Origin: Roseburia sp.
Lineage (GTDB): Bacteria > Bacillota > Clostridia > Lachnospirales > Lachnospiraceae
Reading direction: 5' to 3'
Assembly (NCBI GenBank): GCA_023664725.1
Contig: JAMPFA010000001.1
Location: 599,191 to 662,412, forward strand
Length of the DNA: 63,222 nt
In this document: positions 39,713-49,134 of the stretch, piece after piece
How the letters are laid out: each line of letters opens with the position of its first letter
How positions within the stretch are numbered: position 1 is the first letter of the stretch
The notes under the pieces: model-generated
The model's input: only the letters and a program-made list of their open reading frames with translations
What the model was told of the DNA's origin: nothing
Databases searched by the model: none
Made by a program: the position numbers and the translations under genes

Positions 39713-40980
39713 GTCTCCTCTGACCTCCCCAAAAGTTCTAAAAATGCCTCCAGCCTGGTTTTCAACTGTCCGTCATGGCTGTTTCTCTTGTCAATGCCGT
39801 CCCCATCCAAATTTAACATGGGAATATCAAGTTCCTGCATTTTCTCTTTTAACAGCACACTGCCCCCGGCTGCCTGCTTGCACCCCCAATGGCAGAAATG
39901 GATGACCGCATCCGGTGAAACCTCCCCGCAAAGTTCTGCGATTGCCTGGGCCTTATGGCGGTAGGTACCGTTAAACACATTGTGAATGATCTTCTCTGCC
40001 AGGGCGAGAAAGGGATCTGAGACATCCAGATCCTCTGTGTAATCCAGCACGATATCGCTGGCGATCACCTGATACTCTTCATTTCCGTTAAAGTATTCCC
40101 GCAGGCTCTCCTGATAAAAAGGCAGAAGATGCACCCAGAGGATCCGCTTCCCCGTAAATTTGGGATAAGTCTTAATATCCTCTATCATAAATTTTACCAC
40201 ATCCCGAAATTCTTTTGTCCCCATAAGAAGATGGGTACCCATCATCAGATAGAGCTGACAGATCAGCTCACCGGGATAAAAATATTCTTTTTGGAGACGG
40301 AAAAATTCTCTTAAATCCCGTCTTGTCTCATTTTCAATCAGAAGAATTTCTTTCAGTTTCTCCTCCTGAAACCGTATTCCAAATCTCTCCTCCAGATCTT
40401 CTGCCAATTTCTGAAGCTGGTCTCTTAAATACAAGACAGAATCCCTGTCATCCCCATAGGGCACATCCAAAAAAGAAAAGGGAACCCCCAGCTTTTTTTC
40501 CAGATAACGGAAAGTGTTGAGATTGCCGTCACAGGATAAGGATGTGGTGACGGAATATTTTGGCGCATGAATGGTGCCGCTCTCCACTGCCCCCACAAAA
40601 GTTTTGTGGTAGGAACACAGAGTTGGGGCAATGCCGCTGTTCTGGGCACAATCGATAAAATAATCCTCCAGGTGATACCCGGTAAAAAAGCAGGATAGAC
40701 ACTCTACGGAAAGGGTTTTCAGTCCAAAACATTCCATGATCTCACAGGGTGCAAAAATATTTCCCCATACATATCTGTCCTCTTTTCCAAGGGAATCTGC
40801 TACCAGGGACATCATAAGCCCTTCCAGCTTCTGGTATCCTTTACTTAAGTTTTTCTTGGGCAGAAATCTGGTTCTAAGCCTGTTTGCCTTAAATCCCAGG
40901 ATCATTTTCTCCCAGCCCTTGTCTGACTCCTCCACGACTTCTTTTTTCACATGGTCAATATATTTGTCTACAACACTCAT
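39709..40980 (-). CDS. 2-hydroxyacyl-CoA dehydratase alpha-like subunit (HgdA/BcrC/BadD family; double-cubane-cluster protein family).
   Basis: 423 aa; family-typical N-terminus (...FLPKKNLSKGY...GNIFAPCEIMECFG...) and conserved cysteines; 4-nt overlap with the downstream fusion gene. Confidence 0.7.
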   Translation of the reverse strand: MSVVDKYIDHVKKEVVEESDKGWEKMILGFKANRLRTRFLPKKNLSKGYQKLEGLMMSLVADSLGKEDRYVWGNIFAPCEIMECFGLKTLSVECLSCFFTGYHLEDYFIDCAQNSGIAPTLCSYHKTFVGAVESGTIHAPKYSVTTSLSCDGNLNTFRYLEKKLGVPFSFLDVPYGDDRDSVLYLRDQLQKLAEDLEERFGIRFQEEKLKEILLIENETRRDLREFFRLQKEYFYPGELICQLYLMMGTHLLMGTKEFRDVVKFMIEDIKTYPKFTGKRILWVHLLPFYQESLREYFNGNEEYQVIASDIVLDYTEDLDVSDPFLALAEKIIHNVFNGTYRHKAQAIAELCGEVSPDAVIHFCHWGCKQAAGGSVLLKEKMQELDIPMLNLDGDGIDKRNSHDGQLKTRLEAFLELLGRSEET

Positions 40981-41001
40981 TGCTTGTCCCTCTCTTTTCT
41001 G

Positions 41002-42387
41002 CTAAAAATGCCGGATAACCTCAAACCGCTCCAATGCCACATCCTCTTCCCTCCGTATACCCGCTTTCTGTTTTGCGATAGCAATCTGCTCCTCCACAGT
41101 ATCTACCCCCTCCAGGTTCGGCAAAAGCAGTCCTCTTTTGCTTCCCTTTGTCACAATCACTCCATACCGCTTTACATCCAGCTCCTTTGGAGAATCAATG
41201 CGCTGTATCTCCCCAAGCACATCCACGCTGATCGTGAGATACTCCAATTCCTCCGGCTCCACCGGGTCAAATCTGGGGTCATTGGATGAGGCGCTTATGG
41301 CATTTTCTATGATCTCCTGTGCCACAGAGCCGTAAACTCCCTGGATAGTTCCGATACATCCTCTAAGGCTTCCCTGCTTTTTGATGGAGACAAACACTCC
41401 TGCCCTCTGGCCATACATCTCCTCCGAAAGCCCCTCCGGCACATCTATTCTTCTGCCTGTACACACAAACTCTTCTATGGTATGTCTCGCAAGACGGACA
41501 AAATCATCCTCCCGCTCCCTAATGGCAGCCATTTTTTTCCGCTCTCTCTCCTGATACTGTTCTTTAAAATTTCTGGATAGATCCTCCTCTGATACATCGT
41601 AGGCACAGATTCCATATCCCACCCCGAAAGGCCCCTCATAGGAGAGTCGCTCCGGTTTCACTGCCGTTTTGTCCAATGCTCCTGACAGGAGCACAAAAGA
41701 CCGGTGTCCGCACTCTCCTGCCCTGCTGCAAAACTCCTCCGAAAAATCAAAGAGTTCCAGAAAATTTCCTTTTTCCATAACTTCCATAATATTTTTGTCA
41801 TATACAGGGCCTTCCTCCTGATAACCGTAAGGACCGTCCGGTTTCAGACAGTGGGACAGATCCCCGCTGGCAACCAGCACGACGTTCCTGCCCAAATTCT
41901 CTGCCACCTCTTTGATACACTGTCCAAGCTCATAATGGCTGACAAGAGACAAACCAGAGAGGCCGATGCGCACCAGGCGGTAATCCCTCCAATATTTGTT
42001 GACAAAATACAGGGGAACCATTGTCCCGTGGTCCAGTTTTTTCTCTTTCTCCCCAAAGGTTCCGGCAGGTAAACCTTTCTCTCCTGCAAGTCCACTCAAT
42101 TTTATCACAAATTCCCTGTCATAGGAAACCTTTATTTTTTCCTGTCCTGCACGAAACTGTCCAAAATCTCCCTGGGCGCTCTCCCCCGGCGAGATATGAA
42201 AATAATCTGCGTACATAGTCTGATGGGGCGAGATCAATACGATAGTCTCCGGTCTGTGGACAGAAATTCTCTGTCCTGTCTCCTCATAGGCATCAATTGT
42301 TTTTTGTATCTGCTTTTCCTCCCCTTTTCCCACCGATGGAATGATCAACGGCGGGTGGGGAACCATATATGCGGCTGTAATTCCCAT
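41002..42387 (-). CDS. Fusion of a LigB/Memo-like (class III extradiol dioxygenase fold) domain with a C-terminal AMMECR1 domain.
   Basis: N-terminal MVPHPPLIIP... LigB-like fold (~270 aa). The C-terminal ~180 aa carries the AMMECR1 signature (...SLRGCIG...LLLPNL...). 21 nt upstream of the dehydratase gene. Confidence 0.7.
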   Translation of the reverse strand: MGITAAYMVPHPPLIIPSVGKGEEKQIQKTIDAYEETGQRISVHRPETIVLISPHQTMYADYFHISPGESAQGDFGQFRAGQEKIKVSYDREFVIKLSGLAGEKGLPAGTFGEKEKKLDHGTMVPLYFVNKYWRDYRLVRIGLSGLSLVSHYELGQCIKEVAENLGRNVVLVASGDLSHCLKPDGPYGYQEEGPVYDKNIMEVMEKGNFLELFDFSEEFCSRAGECGHRSFVLLSGALDKTAVKPERLSYEGPFGVGYGICAYDVSEEDLSRNFKEQYQERERKKMAAIREREDDFVRLARHTIEEFVCTGRRIDVPEGLSEEMYGQRAGVFVSIKKQGSLRGCIGTIQGVYGSVAQEIIENAISASSNDPRFDPVEPEELEYLTISVDVLGEIQRIDSPKELDVKRYGVIVTKGSKRGLLLPNLEGVDTVEEQIAIAKQKAGIRREEDVALERFEVIRHF

Positions 42388-42514
42388 AAGAACCTCCTAC
42401 TCGCTGTGCGGGGGTGTGTGCTGCGAAAGCAGCTATGCTCCTTACGCACCCCTGTGCATACAAAACGGGCAAGTTCCTCACGCTAAGGAACCTGCCCTGC
42501 TTCTCTCTCACGTT

Positions 42515-43273
42515 TTAAATACTGTAATTAAAATGACTTCCTGTGCCGGTGGTCTGTTCATCTTTCACCTTATCCCAATTTACATTCTGAATCTTCTCTA
42601 ACAGCTCTTCCACAGAATTTGCCTTTACCATAGTGCGCTTTCCGTAAGGCTTCTCCATCCATTCTTTCTCGGCTTTCTTGGCCTGCTCTCTCGCAGTCTT
42701 GGCATCCTCTTCTTTCTTGGCTTCTTTTGTCTTCTCGATATGCTCTTTCTGCTTATCGCTCATTTTCTGAAGCTCTGCAAAATAGGAAACTGTACCGTCC
42801 TTGCCGATGGATACGCCAAGATTTACCACTTCATCTTTTTTATCTCCAAGCTGATCTTTGATCTCGTTCAGCTTGCCCGTCGACTCCTCTATAATGGAAA
42901 GATTCTTCTCTTTGTAATCGGAATCTGTAGCCATTTTTTCCAATTCCTCCGGGTCGATCAACACACTGTACTCTTTTGTCCCTCTAGAAAGATATTCCTG
43001 GGCTTCCTCGTCGGAATCGAAGCTTGCCACCATGAAGTCCATGTTGCCATATCTTCTTCGAAGCTCCGCCAACAATGCCTTGGCGTTGTCACTGAGTTTT
43101 GTGTTGTTTTTCACGGCACTGGCACTGTCTTTTTTATCGGCCTTTGCAGTTGTATTCTGTTTGTTCTTCTGATTTTTCAGCGTATTGTCGTAATTGTTTT
43201 GATACGCTCCATAAGTTCCCACTTTGTTCATTGGCATAACCTCCCTGTTATACAGCCAGCCAAAAGCCGGCAC
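42515..43273 (-). CDS. Lys/Glu-rich hypothetical protein (252 aa).
   Basis: Low-complexity charged protein; no recognised domain. Confidence 0.5.
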   Translation of the reverse strand: MPAFGWLYNREVMPMNKVGTYGAYQNNYDNTLKNQKNKQNTTAKADKKDSASAVKNNTKLSDNAKALLAELRRRYGNMDFMVASFDSDEEAQEYLSRGTKEYSVLIDPEELEKMATDSDYKEKNLSIIEESTGKLNEIKDQLGDKKDEVVNLGVSIGKDGTVSYFAELQKMSDKQKEHIEKTKEAKKEEDAKTAREQAKKAEKEWMEKPYGKRTMVKANSVEELLEKIQNVNWDKVKDEQTTGTGSHFNYSI

Positions 43274-43341
43274 TTGTAATTCCGTTTATATATTATAAAG
43301 ATTATATCGGCAAAAAATGGGAATTGCTTAATGGCAAATAT

Positions 43342-45804
43342 TTATTCACTGTATCGAATTCTTTCTATTAATGATTCCTTTTTCACAGAACCTCCCAACA
43401 CCCCTGCCAGGAGCATCTGAACCACGAAAAGAATCACTGTGACCACAATCACTGCGTCGAAAGGATAATGATATTCACTGATATTAAACCATCCCAGATC
43501 CTTTGCCGTCAAATATACCGGATAGCCAAGGATACTGCCAAGTCCCACGGAGAGGATCAGAGTGCCTGCCGTGTAGAACAGCCCTTCCATCCGAAGCATT
43601 TTCACCAGCTGATGGTTACTCATTCCCATTGCCTGCATCATGCCGATCTCCTTTTTTCGGATATGGACACTGTGGATCATGGTATTGATTACATTCATAA
43701 TGCAGATTGTTCCCAAAATCCCCAGAAATGAATAGGCGGCGGCTGTGGTCACGGAAAGTCCGCTTTTCCATGTCTCATATTCCTCTTTCCATGTATGGAG
43801 GCCTAACAGCTCATTTTCTTCTGTTAAATCTTCCAATGCTTCCATTGTCTGCTCATTATATTTCTCTTTTGCAAAAATAGAAAATGCGGATTCTAAATTT
43901 CCCTGGCATATTTTTTCCAGTCCCTCATTTGCCATAAGCATATAGCCAAACTGCGAAAAACCACTGGGATAATCTCCGATTGCTATAATCTCCACCTCTG
44001 CCACCGTCTCTGCTTTGTCCTTCAACTTTAATGTTAAAATATCTCCAAGCTGAAGCTCCGGGAACCAGAAAAACATATTTTTATCCAGAATACATTTTTT
44101 CCCGGTTTTCAAATCTTCGTATGTGGCGCTTCCCTCTGTAATCCCATTTAAAAGCTGATCCATACACTCTTTTGGCACGCCTCTCATGGCCCAGATTTCA
44201 TCCCCGAATGTGTCAGAGCTTCCATACACTTGCGTAAATTCTATCACATCCAAAACGCCTTCGATGCCCCGAATCTGTTGTTTTAACTCCTCTGTGAGAG
44301 GGTTGTTTTCAATAACATTGCTCCATTCCCGCTCCGGGTGCTCCCTGTTGCCAAACTCCGCTCTGGCCACTACCTCATACTGCCCCACCAGAGAATTGTC
44401 GGCGCTTTTCTTTGGATCAGCGCAGGCTAAAACTGTTGCCACCACCACTACAAAAATCCCCGTTAAAGACATAGCAAACACTGTGATGAAACTGTTTTTC
44501 TTTTTTTCAATAATATATATTTTAGCAAGCTTAAAAACAGACATCTCTCTGTTGCTTTTTCTCACTTTTTTTGCTCTGCCGCCTTTTCCTCTCTCATCCG
44601 CATTGCCCTGGTAACGGATTGCCTCTATCTCTGAAATTTTGGATACGACACTCATAGGCTTTTGCAGCCCTAACCGCACGGTGAGAAGGGTTATAACAAC
44701 TGCCAGGAGATACAAAGACATATGATAAAGTGGAAGCTCCCCGGATTCCAAAATCTGATTTAAAGTCGTGGCAGAGATGCTGTCGGAAAACTGTACAAAC
44801 ATCTGGATGATCACCTTTGTCAGAAGGCTTCCAAAAATCAGACCTATGGGCATTGCGATCATGGCGACAGAGATTCCCTCCCACAAGACAATGTTCTTCA
44901 ACTGCTTTTTTGTCGCCCCCATGGCTTTTATTTTTCCAAATTCCCTGACTCTCTCTGAAATCCCCACATAGTAAATACTGTAAATGGTCACCACTCCGGC
45001 AAATACAATGATACACATAATCCCGATAATCACCGGCACGATCACAGGATCCACGTAATTTGCCATAAGATAATCGCTATTTACTTTGACATCCTCCTCC
45101 GGTATGCCGAAACGCTCCGCCAGTTCTAAAATTCTATTTTCGATTTCATCTGTCCGATCATCCTCCGTTGTCTCCACCTGGAACAGATATCGATAGCGGA
45201 TCTTTTCTGCCGGCACTTCGCTTTTTAAAAGTTCCTCCGATACAAGGGAAGCAAACATGGTCTGGTCTTCGGACTGATCCTCCAAAAATCCAGTCACCAC
45301 AAACTGCTTTTCCTCTGCAAAATCCAAGGTATTTCCACGAAGCACCTGGTAAGGGATGGTCACGGTATCCCCGATTTTTGCCCTCTGCCTCAGTTTTGCC
45401 AATATCCCTTTGGAGACAACGATCTCATTTTCTTTCTTGGGAAGGCTTCCCTCCTTAAGCTCCATGTTATAAAATTCCAGGCCTTTGGCATCCAGATACA
45501 TCATGGAAATTTCTGCATCTTCCGCCACCATATTTCCCACGTCACTTCTAAGCCCATGGACCAGGATATCATGGTAAACAGAGAGCTGTTCCTCTGTTTT
45601 TACATCTACATTCCGAAACAGGGCATGAAAACTTGGATACAATTTATTGATGAGGGCAAACTGACCGTCTATCATATCCTTCCCGATGGTGGGAACCAGA
45701 AATAAGAGCAGCGTTGTGAGAAATATTGCAATTCCAATGAGAATATTTTTGCTCTTATGATATTTCATGTTTTGTACTGCAATCCTTCGCACCATCTTCC
45801 TCAC
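43342..45804 (-). CDS. ABC transporter permease with two FtsX-like domains (MacB-type).
   Basis: 820 aa; two 4-TM FtsX modules each preceded by a large extracytoplasmic domain; 4-nt overlap with the ATPase gene. Confidence 0.85.
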   Translation of the reverse strand: MRKMVRRIAVQNMKYHKSKNILIGIAIFLTTLLLFLVPTIGKDMIDGQFALINKLYPSFHALFRNVDVKTEEQLSVYHDILVHGLRSDVGNMVAEDAEISMMYLDAKGLEFYNMELKEGSLPKKENEIVVSKGILAKLRQRAKIGDTVTIPYQVLRGNTLDFAEEKQFVVTGFLEDQSEDQTMFASLVSEELLKSEVPAEKIRYRYLFQVETTEDDRTDEIENRILELAERFGIPEEDVKVNSDYLMANYVDPVIVPVIIGIMCIIVFAGVVTIYSIYYVGISERVREFGKIKAMGATKKQLKNIVLWEGISVAMIAMPIGLIFGSLLTKVIIQMFVQFSDSISATTLNQILESGELPLYHMSLYLLAVVITLLTVRLGLQKPMSVVSKISEIEAIRYQGNADERGKGGRAKKVRKSNREMSVFKLAKIYIIEKKKNSFITVFAMSLTGIFVVVVATVLACADPKKSADNSLVGQYEVVARAEFGNREHPEREWSNVIENNPLTEELKQQIRGIEGVLDVIEFTQVYGSSDTFGDEIWAMRGVPKECMDQLLNGITEGSATYEDLKTGKKCILDKNMFFWFPELQLGDILTLKLKDKAETVAEVEIIAIGDYPSGFSQFGYMLMANEGLEKICQGNLESAFSIFAKEKYNEQTMEALEDLTEENELLGLHTWKEEYETWKSGLSVTTAAAYSFLGILGTICIMNVINTMIHSVHIRKKEIGMMQAMGMSNHQLVKMLRMEGLFYTAGTLILSVGLGSILGYPVYLTAKDLGWFNISEYHYPFDAVIVVTVILFVVQMLLAGVLGGSVKKESLIERIRYSE

Positions 45805-46472
45805 TGTTTCACCACCTTTCCGTCCTCGATCATAATGACCACGTCCGCCATCTGTGCAATTGCCTCGTCATGGGTGATCATGACCAGTGTCTGACCGTAA
45901 TCTTTGACACATTTTTTTAGGATGCTCATCACTTCCCGCTCTGTCTGAGAGTCAAGGTTTCCTGTGGGCTCATCTGCGAGAATGATTGCCGGTGAGGAGA
46001 CAAGAGCCCTCGCAATGGCACAGCGCTGCTTCTGTCCGCCTGACAAAGTTCCCGGCAGTGCGTCTTTTTTCTCATCCATCCCTATATTTTTTAAGACATC
46101 CATCGCTTCTTTTTCGTCTACTTTTTTCCCCGCAAGACCCAGGGGCAGCACTACGTTTTCCCACACTGTCAGGGAAGGGATCAGATTGAAGTCCTGAAAG
46201 ATAAACCCAATCTTTTCCCGGCGGAAAGCTGCCAGTGCGTCCCCTTTTAAGGCGTACATATCTCGGTCCTCTATAAAGACTTTCCCGGAGTCCGGTGTGT
46301 CAAGTCCCCCTAAGAGGTGGAGCAGCGTGGATTTCCCTGAACCGGAACGTCCAATGATGGCTGTGAACTTGCCCCTCTCTATCTTCAAATCCGTGTGATC
46401 CACAGCCTTTACCAGATTTGTGGCGGAACCGTAATATTTCACCAGGTCTTGTACTTTTACAATATTGCTCAT
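45801..46472 (-). CDS. ABC transporter ATP-binding protein (MacB/LolD-type).
   Basis: Walker A GRSGSGKST, signature LSGGQKQR, Walker B ILADEPT. Confidence 0.9.
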   Translation of the reverse strand: MSNIVKVQDLVKYYGSATNLVKAVDHTDLKIERGKFTAIIGRSGSGKSTLLHLLGGLDTPDSGKVFIEDRDMYALKGDALAAFRREKIGFIFQDFNLIPSLTVWENVVLPLGLAGKKVDEKEAMDVLKNIGMDEKKDALPGTLSGGQKQRCAIARALVSSPAIILADEPTGNLDSQTEREVMSILKKCVKDYGQTLVMITHDEAIAQMADVVIMIEDGKVVKQ

Positions 46473-46546
46473 ATGATTGTCTCTCCTTTTTGAATGGTTA
46501 GGTAAGATGTTTTGTTTTTTTAAGTATAGTGCCTGGGAATTACAAA

Positions 46547-46592
46547 ACCCTTACAAAAAGAATTACAGTTTTGTAAGGGTTGGGAGATTTCA
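46547..46592 (-). terminator. 12-bp perfect hairpin (acccttacaaaa / ttttgtaagggt); likely terminator of the DUF262 operon.
   Basis: Stem-loop followed on the minus strand by TTTGTAATT. Confidence 0.4.
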
Positions 46593-46641
46593 TTGTTGTC
46601 ATTTCCTAGTGTCTTTGCTTACATTCCACACAACATCCAGC

Positions 46642-46833
46642 TTATCCATCCTCTTGTAGAAATACAAAATCATTATGACCGTCTACAATATGGTTCCCTA
46701 ATAAGATGAGTTTCTTACAAACCAGCGTAACTGTTACCTCTTCAAACGATACAGACTCTCCTGCTACCTTTGGAGTAAGACCGCTATTGCTAATTTTATC
46801 AATTTGGCTGAATATTTCAATGTTGAGTTGCAT
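46642..46833 (-). CDS. Small hypothetical ORF (63 aa) tightly coupled to the 3' end of the DUF262 gene.
   Basis: ATG 4 nt after the upstream stop; low GC like the island; no motifs. Confidence 0.3.
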   Translation of the reverse strand: MQLNIEIFSQIDKISNSGLTPKVAGESVSFEEVTVTLVCKKLILLGNHIVDGHNDFVFLQEDG

Positions 46834-46836
46834 ATC

Positions 46837-49131
46837 CTATTTCTCCTTATCGTCTTTATTTCTAATCTCTTCTTCTGCCTTCAACACATTCTTACACATA
46901 AGTTCCAGTTGCTCTACATAATCTAAATCCTCTATGTCCTGAGTTTCCCATAACTCATCAGCTCTCGTTGCAATCTGGTCGGTAATGTCCCCCTCCTCGT
47001 TATACCATACTTGCACTAAATCATCCGGAGTAATCTTAACCCTGGTTTCCGACATAAATATTAATGAACTCAACTCGTCTGCATCCTTGCCCCTTTTTAC
47101 ATAGTAAATGTCATTGCATAGTCTCATTGAAACCTCAAGATACAAAGGACAAGCATGGTATCCTGTCAATAGCTTACCATTTAATCTGTGAGGGATATAG
47201 AACGAATCCTCTTCCGGTTTTTCTAACATAACAACAAAATTATTCGCATCTATGAACCCCTGATAATTTGCAACTGTTCTCGGATATTTTACAAAATAGT
47301 ATCTCCAGTCTTTATGCTTATCGAGTTTAGGAAGATTATTGTTTATTATGATTTCAAGGCTTTTTTCTATATCTGATGAGTCTGCATCATAATACTGCTC
47401 AAGAAACTCTGTTATTATCCTGGGATAATCACCCCGATCCGTTGTTGAAAGGATGTTATACCAATCCCTTACTCTATTTCCATAATAATATCTTCGTCCA
47501 AAATAACTATTTCCAAGGTCAATACCATAATCATTAACTGACAATATAGCTCGGAAAAGTTTTTCAAAAAACTGTTCACTAAACAACTCAGCAATATTGT
47601 CGGCCAAATCTTCAATATGCCGTTTTTTTACGAAAGGCATGACATTATGGATGAATGTTCTGAATTCGTCCATGTCTTCCAGTTTGTGTATATACTCTTC
47701 CATCTCAGGATGTTCAATAATATAATCCGCCTTATCTTTTTCGTACTTAAGGCTTTCACTATTTACCCTATCATCCTTCATTCCAGAAACAAATTCATAA
47801 ATGTCGTCTGCCTCCATGATTTCATCAAGTCCAAATGAGATATACGGGATTCCATGTCTGCAAAAACGAAAGTCCGGAGTATAACTCTCATACTTCCTCT
47901 GTCGCACCTTAATAACAAAATTACGGATGATTCTTACATAATTCTTTATATTATCATCTGTCACGCCCTTCTTTTTGAAATGAATAAGTCTCTTCATGAA
48001 CAGAAACAGGATCACCTTATTAAATACCTTCAAACCATTCTTGTTAATGGTTGCATCGATAAGATTATGTTTATCATCAAACACACGAACCTTGCCCTCG
48101 CAATACCGGTCAGAGAATACAGCATCAAAACACTCCTCTATTTCTTCCTTACTCTTCCACAAATCAAAAAGCTCATATAACTCCTCGACTTTCTCCTTGG
48201 TATCATAGAATGAAATCAATCCACGGATATCTGTTACCTTGAATGGAGAGTTTCCGTCTTTTTGCCCTGAATACTCAAGGTATATCATCTCTGTAAAATA
48301 AAGGAATAAATACATAAACTGCTCATCGATTGTATTATCAATCGGAGACCTATAGTCCCACAGCAAATCAGTCCACTTGGTATCTACAGATGCCTCAAAA
48401 TGCCCATATGGTAATCCATTCTTTTTCATATGCTGTATAAACTTAGCCTTGAAATTCTCGAAGTCAGATAGATTTTTTCCACGAGCGTTCATCTTGATAT
48501 ACAAATCATCTGTCAGAGCATAGTTCTCCATCGGCAGATAATTAAAAGTTATTATTGGACTCTCACCCATATCCCTTGTCAAGAGTGGATATAATTCTTT
48601 ATCCTCATCAAAGAACTTCTCGTGTATCGCATCAAGCATTACAAGCATATGGCGGATGGTTGGATCCTTATCCCATATGTCAAAGTATATATTTTGGTCT
48701 TTTATATGCTCTGATGGCGATATCCCGTCCTCCGGGACATAATCCATACTTATCAGCTTTTCACAGAATTCCCGTGAACTGATTCTTGTTTCATATGAAA
48801 AATTTTGAAGTACTTCTCTTGCTTCATCAATTGTTCCTTCTTTACAAGCAATATACCAATGTAGAAGATAAAGAGTTGTAAGTCTCTGCTGACCATCCAA
48901 AGGATATAGTACTCCGTTCTTAAAAGTTCCATAAACGAAATCAAAGTCCATGTTCTTTTCATTGATTAAAGCGTTATATATCGAATCAAGCAGTTCCATC
49001 CTTATAGCTGTAACATTCTCCGACATTCTTCCCTGTGCATAGTCTCTCTGCATTATAGGAATTTTTATTGTATATTGATTTATCAACATCCAAAAAGTAT
49101 ATCTGCTGTTATCTGACTGTAGATCTGGCAT
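46837..49131 (-). CDS. DUF262 (ParB/GmrS-like NTP-binding) domain protein with a long C-terminal region lacking an obvious nuclease motif.
   Basis: 764 aa; N-terminal IPIMQRDYAQG...PLDGQQRLTT...MNARGKNLSDFE (DUF262 hallmarks); low-GC coding sequence. Confidence 0.75.
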   Translation of the reverse strand: MPDLQSDNSRYTFWMLINQYTIKIPIMQRDYAQGRMSENVTAIRMELLDSIYNALINEKNMDFDFVYGTFKNGVLYPLDGQQRLTTLYLLHWYIACKEGTIDEAREVLQNFSYETRISSREFCEKLISMDYVPEDGISPSEHIKDQNIYFDIWDKDPTIRHMLVMLDAIHEKFFDEDKELYPLLTRDMGESPIITFNYLPMENYALTDDLYIKMNARGKNLSDFENFKAKFIQHMKKNGLPYGHFEASVDTKWTDLLWDYRSPIDNTIDEQFMYLFLYFTEMIYLEYSGQKDGNSPFKVTDIRGLISFYDTKEKVEELYELFDLWKSKEEIEECFDAVFSDRYCEGKVRVFDDKHNLIDATINKNGLKVFNKVILFLFMKRLIHFKKKGVTDDNIKNYVRIIRNFVIKVRQRKYESYTPDFRFCRHGIPYISFGLDEIMEADDIYEFVSGMKDDRVNSESLKYEKDKADYIIEHPEMEEYIHKLEDMDEFRTFIHNVMPFVKKRHIEDLADNIAELFSEQFFEKLFRAILSVNDYGIDLGNSYFGRRYYYGNRVRDWYNILSTTDRGDYPRIITEFLEQYYDADSSDIEKSLEIIINNNLPKLDKHKDWRYYFVKYPRTVANYQGFIDANNFVVMLEKPEEDSFYIPHRLNGKLLTGYHACPLYLEVSMRLCNDIYYVKRGKDADELSSLIFMSETRVKITPDDLVQVWYNEEGDITDQIATRADELWETQDIEDLDYVEQLELMCKNVLKAEEEIRNKDDKEK

Positions 49132-49134
49132 AGC

